From contig NC_079172.1 in NCBI RefSeq assembly GCF_947568905.1, positions 43,462,001 through 43,526,000 of the forward strand: 64,000 nt of DNA, written 5' to 3'. Numbering within the stretch: position 1 is the first letter of the stretch; each line of letters opens with the position of its first letter. Below the pieces are notes generated by a model. It searched no databases and was not told the origin of the DNA. It was given only the letters and a program-made list of their open reading frames with translations. Positions 24,946-37,200 of this stretch are shown in pieces. This DNA comes from Ostrea edulis (lineage: Eukaryota). The translations under genes were made by a program, and so were the position numbers.

Positions 24946-26699
24946 CTTCTGATATCCACTCCACTCTTCATATTGCAAATAACATTTTTGTTTATACTCT
25001 GTAATTGAATATGTATTCTGCTGATGAACCGTAAGGCTTAAAGCCAACAAACATTACAATAATAGTATATAATAGTTTCCTTCACTTTTGTAAAAACGTA
25101 GATCTGCGTATACTGTGAAACGGTCCATGGTAAGCAAGAAGAACCAAGAGCACCATGTTGTAAGGCCTTATAATTATAAGACTGAATGAACTTAACAGAT
25201 AAACGAAGTTTTTAATTAAAAAGTGGTATAGGATTTAAAAAAAAAGAAGAAAAAAAAAAAAGTTAGGTATTTAAAAAGATTGGGGTTAAAGTACAGCGAT
25301 CAGAAAAGGGAAGAGAGATTGAAACCAATATTTAGAATATTATTATTATATATTATTTCAAGATATCTTGCACAGTGGTCGTAGTGATAATTTAAAATTG
25401 TAATTTAAAAGTTTAATTTATGCAACGTTTGAATGAAATGACTATAAAATTTAAAACATAAGATAATGATACGGAATACACGTATAGTAACAGTATCATT
25501 GTATCATATTTATCAAATCATTTATCAATAGTTTTGCAAACTTGTACAAAAAAGTAACATACTTTTTGACATAAAAATCTAAATGAAAATTTAGTATTGT
25601 TTCAATTCAAACCGAAATAAAACTAATTTGCAACTTTAATTCAAAATATGTCGCATTTTCTTTAACCATAAAGTTGTAAATAATAAAAAAAAAACCCAAA
25701 ACCCAAAAAACACTTCATGAATGGGACACCATTTGAGGGGTACGTGAAAGAGTTTTAATATTGTTATGAACTTAAATGTATATGAAATTGGCCATGGTCC
25801 ACTTAGCTCTAACTATGAGGTCGTATGATATGTAAATGCACATCGAAGTAATTTTTTTTAACCAAGTGTTAATGTTTGGAGAGTAATTAACTCCCCGACT
25901 TTCCGTGTATACATGAAGTTCACGTATATCTGCAGGAAAGAAAAACCTGCACTTTGCACGATTTCATTTCTTCCTCCAAACAGTAGCGACGGACAAACTC
26001 TGAACCTTGGCGAGCTCATTGTCTTGTCTCAACAGTAGCGACAGATACAGACGAACAGACTGCATGAACTTGACGAGCTCATGCGACGGTACAGATTAAT
26101 ACAAGCTTGACATAGAAGGGACACTCGAAAAATAAAATAATTAAACGACCACCTTAAAACAATTTGACCATATTGTAAGTTTAATTGATGTTTAAATAAT
26201 TAAATCAACATATTAGAAGTGTGGCTCTGTTTATCGATTTGCTGAATTATCAGGGCATTGTCGTGATGCAATGAAGTGTGCGGGAAGCATTTAAATCGAT
26301 ACCTTGTTAATATCCGTGTATACCTGTGGGATACGATCAATGCAAATTGTGGAGAGAAAAAACATGTCTATACTCATTTAATCGATCTATAGACGTTCGT
26401 GCGCATGGTTAGAGGAAGTCCATCTGAAAACAAAACAAAATGGCTATTTTCTGTGCTGAGACAGGGGAAATCTACACTAGTATTATGTAGCACCACCGTG
26501 TGCATGCTGACTAACATTGATTTACGGACTTATATTGCCGCCACACTGGAACCTGTAGACACCAACTTTTTGGATTGCTTATTTCTGGTGAATTTAAAAT
26601 GAATATATACCCCTCCAGACCGTTTGTGTGTTTCTGAACACTGCGACAAAGTGGGGAATATTTTTTAAAAGAGTATTACTGTGCTAGGAGTTCATTAAA

Positions 26700-27458
26700 A
26701 TGGAACATTCCTTTCAAAATCTCTCCCTCAATTCGCCGAGGAAAACCCGCGATCCAGGGGGAGGGGTTCCTCATATAAACCCCGGGGGGAGGGCACGATA
26801 TGACACTGTGGTCGATTCTATACCACACAGGGAAGATATATCGGGATATTATCACTCCAAACGGGAGTCCAAGGAAGAAAAAACGCCAAAGTACACATAC
26901 TACCCTATAACAAATGTGTGGCAAAAAGAGAAGTCCAGATTGTTGGATATTCCGCTAGAAAAATATATAAACTGTGCCGATATGAAACAATTTAGTCAAA
27001 CTTCCCCGCCAAAACAAACTCTCACGGTCCGCGGGGATGGCAACTGCTTTTTTCGCGCCATCAGTGCAGTGGTGTCTGGTTCGGAAGCGGAACATATGAC
27101 GGTTCGGACGGCGGTCACCAAACATGTTAGCGACCACCCGGATATGTATAGAACATTTCTCCTGAGTAGAGGTGGAATGACTAAATACATTTCAAGTATG
27201 AAAAGGTCACGAGAGTGGGCGACAGACACGGAGATCATGGCAACGGCTACTCTGCTGAGGACCGTTATAATGGTGTACTCTCCCATTCAATTTGGCGGGA
27301 AAACAGAATATCATTGGCAGACGTTTAAACCCTTAGACAACACAGAAATGACGCACCCTGTGATATATCTATCAAATAAAAACGAACATTTTGACCCAGT
27401 ATTAGATGTAGAAACAGAGGACACATTACACACCAAACCGAAATCGCTGCAGTACTGA
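26700..27458 (+). CDS. Intronless OTU-family cysteine protease (deubiquitinase-like), 252 aa, possibly transposon-derived
   Basis: VRGDGNCFFRAIS (Asp/Cys box), WATDTEI and IYLSNKNEHFDPV (His box). The catalytic residues are intact. An in-frame stop at 26685-26687 bounds the ORF upstream. Confidence 0.75.
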   Translation: MEHSFQNLSLNSPRKTRDPGGGVPHINPGGRARYDTVVDSIPHREDISGYYHSKRESKEEKTPKYTYYPITNVWQKEKSRLLDIPLEKYINCADMKQFSQTSPPKQTLTVRGDGNCFFRAISAVVSGSEAEHMTVRTAVTKHVSDHPDMYRTFLLSRGGMTKYISSMKRSREWATDTEIMATATLLRTVIMVYSPIQFGGKTEYHWQTFKPLDNTEMTHPVIYLSNKNEHFDPVLDVETEDTLHTKPKSLQY

Positions 27459-28709
27459 GACGACGATGATGGGCAGTTTTCTGTGATACCAAAAATTGTG
27501 ATTAGCTGATCTTCCTGCTCGTTTTCAATTTGCTTTAGCTTGTGATGACTCTATGGGGTGCAGTTTTACAATTCACACTGAGTTCTGAAGTCAATGCATT
27601 ATCAAATACAACGTCTAGTAGGCAATACTGGGAAGTTTAGGTAATACTGGCCAGTTGGAGTTTGTTGAAGGTACATGTATATACGGCTGTATTCATTTGC
27701 TTGTCAAAAAAGAAAGAAAGATGAAAATTTCCAGGGGGAGGGGGGGAGGCAAGTTCAACAATGGTCTAGCCAAAATCATATACAGCTGTATTCATTTGCA
27801 TGTCAAAATAAAGAATGATCAACATTGTTCAAAAAAGGGTATCGAGGCCTCATGGTTCTACGTGCCCGTGCATGGAAATATATTGAATTAAATTATAAAA
27901 TTTTAAAACTATACTAGTACTTTTATCACAGATATTTTGGTCATGTTACAAAGCACATACTCAAGGCTGATAGTTTCAAAAACTACGCATTATTCAAGAT
28001 GCAAATTAGCAATATTACATCACACTGCACCTTACCAATTATCACATTCTTGTTAGTGGACACATTTCTGATAACGGCATACAAAAATTGTAAAATAAAA
28101 TTGACTGATTTAGAGGTTAAAAATCAGTGCTTCAAAATTTGACCCTTAAAAGTTGACTTCAAACATAATATGTGTCATTGTGCAAATTCCTGATTGTTTT
28201 GCATGTGCTGGTGAACTTGATTTTGACATGTAAGGTATAAACATATTATATAATAAGCTGAACTGTAGCCCTAGAAAAAATATGCATGCCATAGACATTA
28301 GAGATTTTGTTCATTAATGGTTGTCACTTCACCAACACATCAATTAATGATTGAAAATTGTTTATTTAAAAAAAAAACCCAATGTGGTATAGACTTCTGG
28401 TCATCACCTTCAGTTTAATCTTACCTTGCTGGTCTTTATGATCAGCAGTGATTATCGAGAAATTACATGTAAATAATTAATTTTTTTTTTATCACATTAG
28501 TTATAGTAGAAAAGTTGTTACAACAGTTTAAATAAGCTTTATAATGGACTATTTCACATGTGATAATGATGTGCTGGATATTTTTGTGGCTGCATCAAGT
28601 CTGCTTCTGTTGTTGAAAATGAATAAAATATGTTTTCTTTGAATGCAATCTTTCAATTTTCTTTGTTGAATGATTCTTGGTCATTTTCACTTGGCTGTAC
28701 ATGTACCAG

Positions 28710-29090
28710 AGTTCACCAACTAAGAGACAGAGCTCACTGAGTAAGAGACAGAGCTCACTGAGTAAGAGACAGAGCTCACCGAGTAAAAGACAGAGCTCAC
28801 CGAGTAAGAGCTCACCAAGTAAGAGACAAAGCTCACCGAGTAAGAGACAGAACTCACCAAGTAAGAGACAGCTCACTGAGTAAGAGACAAAGCTCAGTGA
28901 GTATGAGACAGGGCTCAGCGAGTAAGAGACCAAGCTCATCGAGTAAGAGACAGCTCACTGAGTAAGAGACGGCTCACTGAGTAAGAGACAAAGCTCACTG
29001 AGTAAGAGACAGGGCTCAATAAGTAAGAGACGGCTCTCTGAGTAAGAAAGAGCAGACATTTCTGACTGAGTAAGAGACAGCAGATATTTC
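28710..29090. repeat. ~19-21-bp minisatellite downstream of PUDP
   Basis: gagacagagctcactgagtaa and variants, about 18 copies. Confidence 0.9.
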
Positions 29091-29520
29091 TGAAATTTAT
29101 CTCTGTAACAGTTACAGTTGATTGTTAACGAATGGTATAAATTCTAATACACCTGAAAGAGACTCTTTTCACAAGTGTAAAGGATCCCATCTCAGTAATA
29201 TTTGAAAGATTAAAATACAAAATGAAATTAAAAAAAATACATAAACCCAAATATCCATACATTGTAAATATATATTCTCAGTAATAAACAATCACGTAAC
29301 ATAAACAATTAACAAAATAACTAATTAGTCTTGAGATCACGTATACACTGTATCACCATTCTCATGCAATATTTTCAAAATCAAAATAAGTACAAAAGGC
29401 AAATGATTGGTTCCACTACTACCCTAAAAATCATCAATAAACTGATACAAAATATTAACCTTCATCATATATAGTCATCTAATGGTCCAATAAAAATACT
29501 ATATTCATAGAAATATGAAA

Positions 29521-32500
29521 TCAATTATCAAATGGCGGCAGTCCGAACATCTCCGGCTTGAACTCCTCCAGAGAGTCGAGCACTAATGTGGCCATATGTT
29601 GGTGCGTCTGTTTGTTGATTTCTTTGAGGGGTATCCACACACACTGCATGCCTGCTGCATGGGCAGCCTCCACTCCATTTGGAGCATCCTCAAACACCAG
29701 CACCTGGTACAAAGATACCAAAGACAAACAGAGACTTATATATTTGTTTTACTTTATCTTTAATTTTCTGATTATGCTACATACAGCTCTAAAATATTCA
29801 AGGTTTGAAGAATCAAAATCTACTGTTAAATCAATTATCTTATATCACATGCTCTCATTCAATTTTAGACCACTCTTTTAATGACTTATTCTGACATCTT
29901 TCCATGAAGTGTGTTGGCTAAATGAATGAACAGATTCAAACCATTCCTAACCCTGGTTTTGTGCTTGCTGCAAGTGATGCAGGTAAAGAAATCACACATT
30001 TTAGTAAGTAAATCTGTTTCTATGGATTTCACATAAAGGGCTGAATTACTGATGTGAAATTACTACTTCCTCTAACCTTGCTGGGGTGGGGGTTGTCGGG
30101 GAACCTTTGAGCAGCCAGTAGGAAGCAGTCGGGAGCTGGTTTGCCATGTTTACATTCAGGATCATCTCCACTGAGAACACTGTGATGGAACAAGGAAAAC
30201 AAGTCCTTGTGGCTGGACGTCTTTAACTGGAAACTCTGTGTATGGGAGCCGGTGGCTGTGGCAATAGGGATACCATGGTTACGTAAATGTTTGACTAAAC
30301 GCTCTGCTCCTGTGCACAAATACAGAAGTTGTACATGTACATGTATGTATATTTGTGCTTTACTGAGCAGTTTAGAAGATGTTCTAAAAATGCCAAAACT
30401 TGAAAACTCTCAAGACAGATTCACACATTTCCCCCCAGTTATATCACTTCTACATGAATATATAAGGGAAGAAATTATCTACTGAAGATCATACATGTAA
30501 TATTCTAATCTATCCTTCCGACCCATTCACATTTTACATATACTACTCAAAATTTGATAAGGATCATAGATATTTTTCTGTTTAAAAAATTAATAACTGC
30601 ATAACTGGCAATATTGTGTCCAAGTGAAATAAAAAACATCTTCAACAAACTTGCACGTGCATTTCATGCCATGGGAAATGCGTTTCTCATCACAGTTTAT
30701 GGTTTTGCTACCATTGCACGATTTTCACTCAGGCATCGGTGTCTGATTCTTTCTAAAATTTCAAACTCACTTGAGTGTTTACACTACGTTTATCAACACA
30801 ATGCCCCCTCAACGTGTAAGGCGTCGCCTGACGACAGAACAACTGGGCAGATGTATTGGAATGCTTGACGCTGGCTATTCACAACGTGGCGTTGCAAATG
30901 CACTAAACGTCAGCCAGAGCGTTGCAAATGGCCTGGAACAGACAGCAAACTTTTAGTACAGCAGCACACCGACATGGGGGTGGTCGTCAAGGGTCGACAA
31001 CCCAACGCCAAGACCATTTTTTGGCTCTTCAGGCACGACGCCATCCCTTCTGGACAGCAACCAGCCTAGGTAACGACCTCCTGAACGCCTCGGGGGTGAA
31101 TGTGTCCACTCAGACGATACGGAATCGGCTGCACAATGCAGGTCTCAACTCCAGAAGGGCATGTGTTCGAGTCCCTCTGACTGTTCGACACCGGCGAGAG
31201 TGATTGGACTGGGCTGAAGATCATGTCACTTGGACACAGAACGATTGGGTTCAAGTTCTGTTCACCGATGAGTCCAGGTATTGTTTGGACTTTACAGACA
31301 GGAGGCATCGAGTGTGGCGACGACAACGTGAACGTTTCCATGATGCAAACATCAGTGAACATGACCGTTATGGTGGTGGTTCCATCATGGTCTGGGGTGG
31401 AATCAGCAGGGATGGAAGAACAGATCTTCATGTCCTGGAGAGAGGAACAATGATGGGGGTGTGGTACCGGGATGAGATCCTCGATGTTTACGTCAGACCC
31501 TACGCTGGTGCTGTTGGCCCCGAGTTCATCCTGATGGATGATAACGCCCGTCCTCATCGCGCCAGGGTGGTGGAGCAGTACCTTCAGCAGGAGACAATTG
31601 TCCGTATGGACTGGCCAGCGCGCTCGACGGACTTGAACCCGATTGAGCATGTATGGAACATGCTGCAGGTTGCCCTTTCACGCCATAGAGCACAACCCAC
31701 GACTTTGGCAGAGCTCGGAAACGCCCTCGTGGAAGAGTGGAACAACCTTCCCATTGGAAACATCCGGGTGCTTATTGACAGCATGGCTCGACGTTGTCAA
31801 GCCGTCATTGATGCAAGGGGAGGCCATACCCGGTATTGACACTTCATCGAATAAGTGTAATGATGGACTATCCCCCAAAACTGTGTAATTCTTTCTCTGG
31901 TTTGCTGTTAACTTTTTGTAATGAAATGCCTTTTGGTGTTGTTATCAGATTTCAAGCATTCCGTATTGATAAAAGTTCATGCCGTTCATGAATTTTCATT
32001 CATAACCTGAGTAAACACTTTTCTGAGTCAAATTTATGTCTTTTGTTATGTTAGTGGTAAATTACACACATATAACCTAGTGATCCTTATCAAATTTTGA
32101 GTAGTATATTTTGGACAGAGATTGACAAAGTGTCTAATCTGATAACAGATTGATAGTGGTGACAGTGAGTAGAGATTGAGTTGTTACAGACAGTGGAGAC
32201 AATGTGTAGAGATTGAGTTGTTACAGACTGACAGTGGTGACAGTGTGTAGAGATTGAGTTGTTACAGATTGGTAGTGGAGACAATGTGTAGAGATTGAGT
32301 TGTTACAGATTGACAGTGGAGACAATGTGTAGAGATTGAGTTGTTACAGATTGACAGTGGTGACAATGTGTAGAAATTGAGTTGTTACAGATTGACAGTG
32401 GTGATAATGTGTAGAGATTGAGTTGTTACAGATTGACAGTGGAGACAATGTGTAGAGATTGAGTTGTTACAGATTGACAGTGGTGACAGTGTGTAGAGAT

Positions 32501-34204
32501 TGAGTTGTTACAGATTGACAGTGGTGACAATGTGTAGAGATTGAGTTGTTACAGATTGACAGTGGTGACAATGTGTAGAGATTGAGTTGTTTTAGATTGA
32601 CAGTGGTGACAATGTGTAGAGATTGAGTTGTTACAGATTGACAGTGGAGACAATGTGTAGAGATTGAGTTGTTACAGACTGACAGTGGTGACAGTGTGTA
32701 GAGATTGAGTTGTTACAGATTGACAGTGGAGACAGTGTGTAGATATTGAGTTGTTACAGATTGACAGTGGTGATAATGTGTAGAGATTGAGTTGTTACAG
32801 ATTGACAGTGGAGACAATGTGTAGAGATTGAGTTGTTACAGATTGACAGTGGTGACAGTGTGTAGAGATTGAGTTGTTACAGATTGACAGTGGAGACAAT
32901 GTGTAGAGATTGAGTTGTTACAGATTGGTAGTGGAGACAATGTGTAGAGATTGAGTTGTTACAGATTGACAGTGGAGACAGTGTGTAGAGATTGAGTTGT
33001 TACAGATTGACAGTGGTGATAATGTGTAGAGATTGTGTTGTTACAGATTGACAGTGGAGATAATGTGTAGAGATTGAGTTGTTACAGACTGATAGTGGTG
33101 ACAATGTATAGAGATTGTGTTGTTACAGATTGACAGTGGAGACAATGTGTAGAGATTGTGTTGTTACAGATTGACAGTGGAGACAGTGTGTAGAGATTGA
33201 GTTGTTACAGATTGACAGTGGTGACAGTGTGTAGAGGTCGAGTTGTTACAGACTGACAGTGGAGACAATGTATAGAGGTTGAGTTGTTTCATTACCTGGC
33301 AATAAATTGACAGTGGGGAACAATTTCTCCTGTTGCTCATGAGCCATTTGTAGATACTGGTCAACAGTCAATGGTAAATCTAAGGTGTCTGTAATACAAA
33401 TTTTTTGCTAGTTAAAAGAATTATTTGTTTCTCTTTACAATGAATTCCTTGATTGAAACTAATATTTTCATGGTAAGTACTAAATTTAACATTTGTTACT
33501 AAATTTCATGGGGACTCAATATTCATGGACTTTGAGGGTATCCCAGGAATTTCAACAACAATAAAATACACTATTCATATACAGTATATAATGTTTCAAC
33601 AGACAGAATTAACCATGTCCACGAAATCCCAAAGGAACTGTAAAATCTGGAGAATCCATGAAAATTGGCCCCCATGAATTCTAATGAATTATCAGCACGA
33701 TCTTCTAGAAGTCTGGAAACTCGTCATTTTCTACTATCGGTAATTTTATCCTGTTAGTATACTGATAATCATTCAATAAAAAAAATAGATATAGACTCTC
33801 GGAATCAGCTTTAGTCACGCACCGATAACAATTTTTGCTGCTTCTGGTTCTTTCCTGCCCATCTGTTTGACTTTGATGTCCATTGTAAACGTCTTCCCAT
33901 ACTGCCCCACAATATTTTGTACAATGACGGTGTACATACGTTCTGTGTCTGTTAAAGAGAAACTCTCAAATAAAATGATCAGTCAGTTTGATAGAAACAA
34001 GATGTACTGTGAGCAATGCTCACTAAGAATACCCCCCGCTTACCCCAATCTCCCAAAGGGTGTTGTTAATAGGTATAAATTTTTTTTTTTTTTTTTTTTT
34101 GTTTTTTTATTTCACTCAATCGACATACATTTGCACAAAAGTAGATACAAAAGAATATGAATATATTTAAGCGTACATATATATATTATAATGTTCATTT
34201 TCTT

Positions 34205-34253
<49 letters not shown>

Positions 34254-37200
34254 GGAGTCAATTGACTAATGGAGACCATTTTTCCCAGTTATAACTATCC
34301 AGGTTGATTTGATACAATTGTTTCCAATCATTTATAAGGGCTTTAAGTGTTAGCTGATTTTTTTGACATCTATTCCTATATATATATTTTTTTATTATTA
34401 TAAGTAATGCATTGTATGACCTTAAATGTTTTTGTTTTGTATCACCAAATATAAAAGTTTTGACATCAAATTCTATTTTAATCTCCTTTGAATTGCAATA
34501 TCTGATAAATTCTGATAATAATTGTTGTACTTTTGGACAATCCCAAAGTAAATGGTAAATTGTTTCGTCTTCCCTATCACAAAAGGTACATAGTTTAGAA
34601 TCTACTCTACCTAATTTGTACATATAGCTATTAGTAGTTAAAATGTGGTGGTTAACTCTGTATTGAAACCATAATAATTTAGAATCCAATGTAGTCAAGA
34701 ATGGCAGGTAAAAGATTGCCTTCCATTGGTTATCAGAGGTAATGAAATATCTACTCCATTTCTTTTTTCCTGTGGGTATAGCATCTGATTTATTGAGAGT
34801 ATCATGCATAGGTTTCGACCCTTTCTTTGTTAAAACAAATAGTTTGATATTCAAGGGAATAAGGGGTTTTTGCACAGATGCTTTATTTGTAAAGTTATAC
34901 TTTTTCATATCTGTGGCTACTACTTGTGTTATACCCATATATGTTAAAAAATTCATTTGTAAGTTAAATCTGTCTTTAAATATTTTAAAATTTATAATTT
35001 CTCCTTTTTCGTCAAGTAGATCATGTACATTTTTTATTCCTTTATCATACCATGTTTTATAGAAGATGGACTGACTTTCTATCTTGAACTTATGATTATT
35101 CCATAAAGGTTGGCTCATATAGTCCTCCCAAGATTTAATGACAACTTTTTCTTGAATTTCCTTAAAAGCCACCATGACATCTTTCCAAAAGTCATTTTTT
35201 ACATTTTCAACTATCTGTAAGATATAGTCTGAACCTGTATTTATTAATTTGTCCAAGTTTACATTATTTCTAAGGAGACTTTTCCATTTTGAGTTGTCCT
35301 CCATAACCAATCTCCTTATCCAAGTCGACTTTAGTCCTTTGATATAACAATCTAGATCAACCATTTTTAGTCCCCCATATGCATACTTTTGTGTGGCAAC
35401 TTTTCTTTTAATTTTATCAGATTTTGAATTCCAGACAAATTCAAATAAAATAGTATTAAGTTCTTTTATGAAAGCATTCTTTGGGTTTGGTAAGGCAATA
35501 AATAAATGATTTAGTTGTGAAATTAGGAGTGATTTCACTAGAGTTATTTTCCCAATTGGAGTCAACTTTCGTTTACTCCACTGGTCAATAATTGACTTAA
35601 TCTTCACAAGTTTTTTGTCATAGTTCAATTTCAAAATTTTATTTAAATCCACATCATAATGGATTCCTAGTAGTTTAAATCGAGTTGTCCATTTGAAATT
35701 CATATCAGAACATAATCTTTCATCTGAATATTTTTTACTTCCTATCCAAACAATCTGAGTTTTATCTCGGTTTATTTTGAGACCAGATAATTTATAAAAT
35801 TCATCAAGTTCTTTCAAGGTTTCTCTCAATGAAACCTCCGATCCGTCAAGGAAAATGGATGTATCATCTGCGTACTGTGACATTAGATATTCTGTGTTAT
35901 TGATTAGAATTCCCTTTATACTTCTGTTATTTTTAATTTTTATAGCCAAAATTTCAGCGCATAATAAGAATATGTAAGGTGATAGTGGGTCCCCTTGCCT
36001 ACAACCACGTCCTAGTTTAAAGAAATTAGATAAAAAGCCTGCTTGTGTCACACATGAAACCGCATTATAGTGAAATGTTGTAATCCAACTACAGAAATAA
36101 GGTCCAAAATTAAAGTATTGCAAAGTATCATTTATAAATTTCCAAGAAACAGAATCAAAGGCTTTTTCAAAATCTATCATAACTAACACTCCAGGAATAT
36201 GATTTGTTTCTGTATGATTCATTAGATCATATATTAATCTACTGTTTTCTCCTATGTACCTTCCAGGTATGAAACCTGTTTGATCATTACTAATAATTTT
36301 ACTAAGCACAGTTTTTATTCTTCTTGCTATACAGCCTGACCCAATTTTATATGTAACATTGAGAAGAGAAATTGGTCTCCAGTTGTTTAGAGAGAATTTT
36401 GATTTTCCCTCTTTGGGTATGCAAGTTATAATTCCTTGTTTTTGTGTTGATGATAATTCTCCTTGGTCAAATCCATAATTTAATGATCGCACGACAAAAA
36501 ATCCAATTTTTTTCCAGAAAATTTTAAAGAATTCAGCTGTGAAGCCATCACTACCAGGGCTTTTGTTATTTGACATATCCTTTAAGATTATAGATGCTTC
36601 TTTGTGAGTAATATATCCTTCTATTGATTTTTTCTCTCCATCAGATAGCTTAGGAACACTAAAATCCTTTAATATTTCAGATATTTTACCATCTGCTTTT
36701 TCATTTATATTTCTATTACTCGAATATAAGTTTCTATAAAAATTTTCCACCTCCATCAAAATGTCTTCTTGTTTGATTATTTCTCTTTGTACATCATTTT
36801 CTACAATTATTACTTTTGGAATGATTTTATTTGTAAAATGGCGATTCTCTAGGTTGAGAAAATAATTAGATGGCTTTTCTCCTTCATTTATCCACTTAGC
36901 CCGGGAACGTACCATACAACCATTGACCTTATGATTTCGTATATTTTCAAGATCTTTTTTCTTTTCATTTATAGTTTCAATATTTCATTCAAAATCCCTT
37001 TCCAATTCTTCTAGTTGATCTTGTAAATCCTTTTCTTTTTTTGATCTTTGCTTTTTGATGTGACTTGCATATGAAATTGTTTTTGATCTGATTTCCATCA
37101 ATAGGGTCTCTAAAAATAGTTGTTCATTAATTATAAACTGTATGTCTGCTGCAGGAATGTCTAAAACTGACTCTCTTTCATATACGGGAACTGCGTATTG

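Noticed and set aside
25110-27880. Terminal inverted repeats bracketing the OTU ORF (ccatgg...agaacca at 25125 versus 27850-27875)
   Set aside because: The match is too weak and gapped, and there is no TSD.
28595-28939. Leu/Cys-rich and Ser/Lys-rich ORFs on both strands
   Set aside because: They are translations of the 21-bp minisatellite.
36985-36987. Programmed readthrough or selenocysteine at the L1 ORF2 TGA
   Set aside because: The context TGA-AAT is not a known leaky context and no SECIS is evident. A point mutation or sequencing error is simpler, though this needs paralogue alignment.
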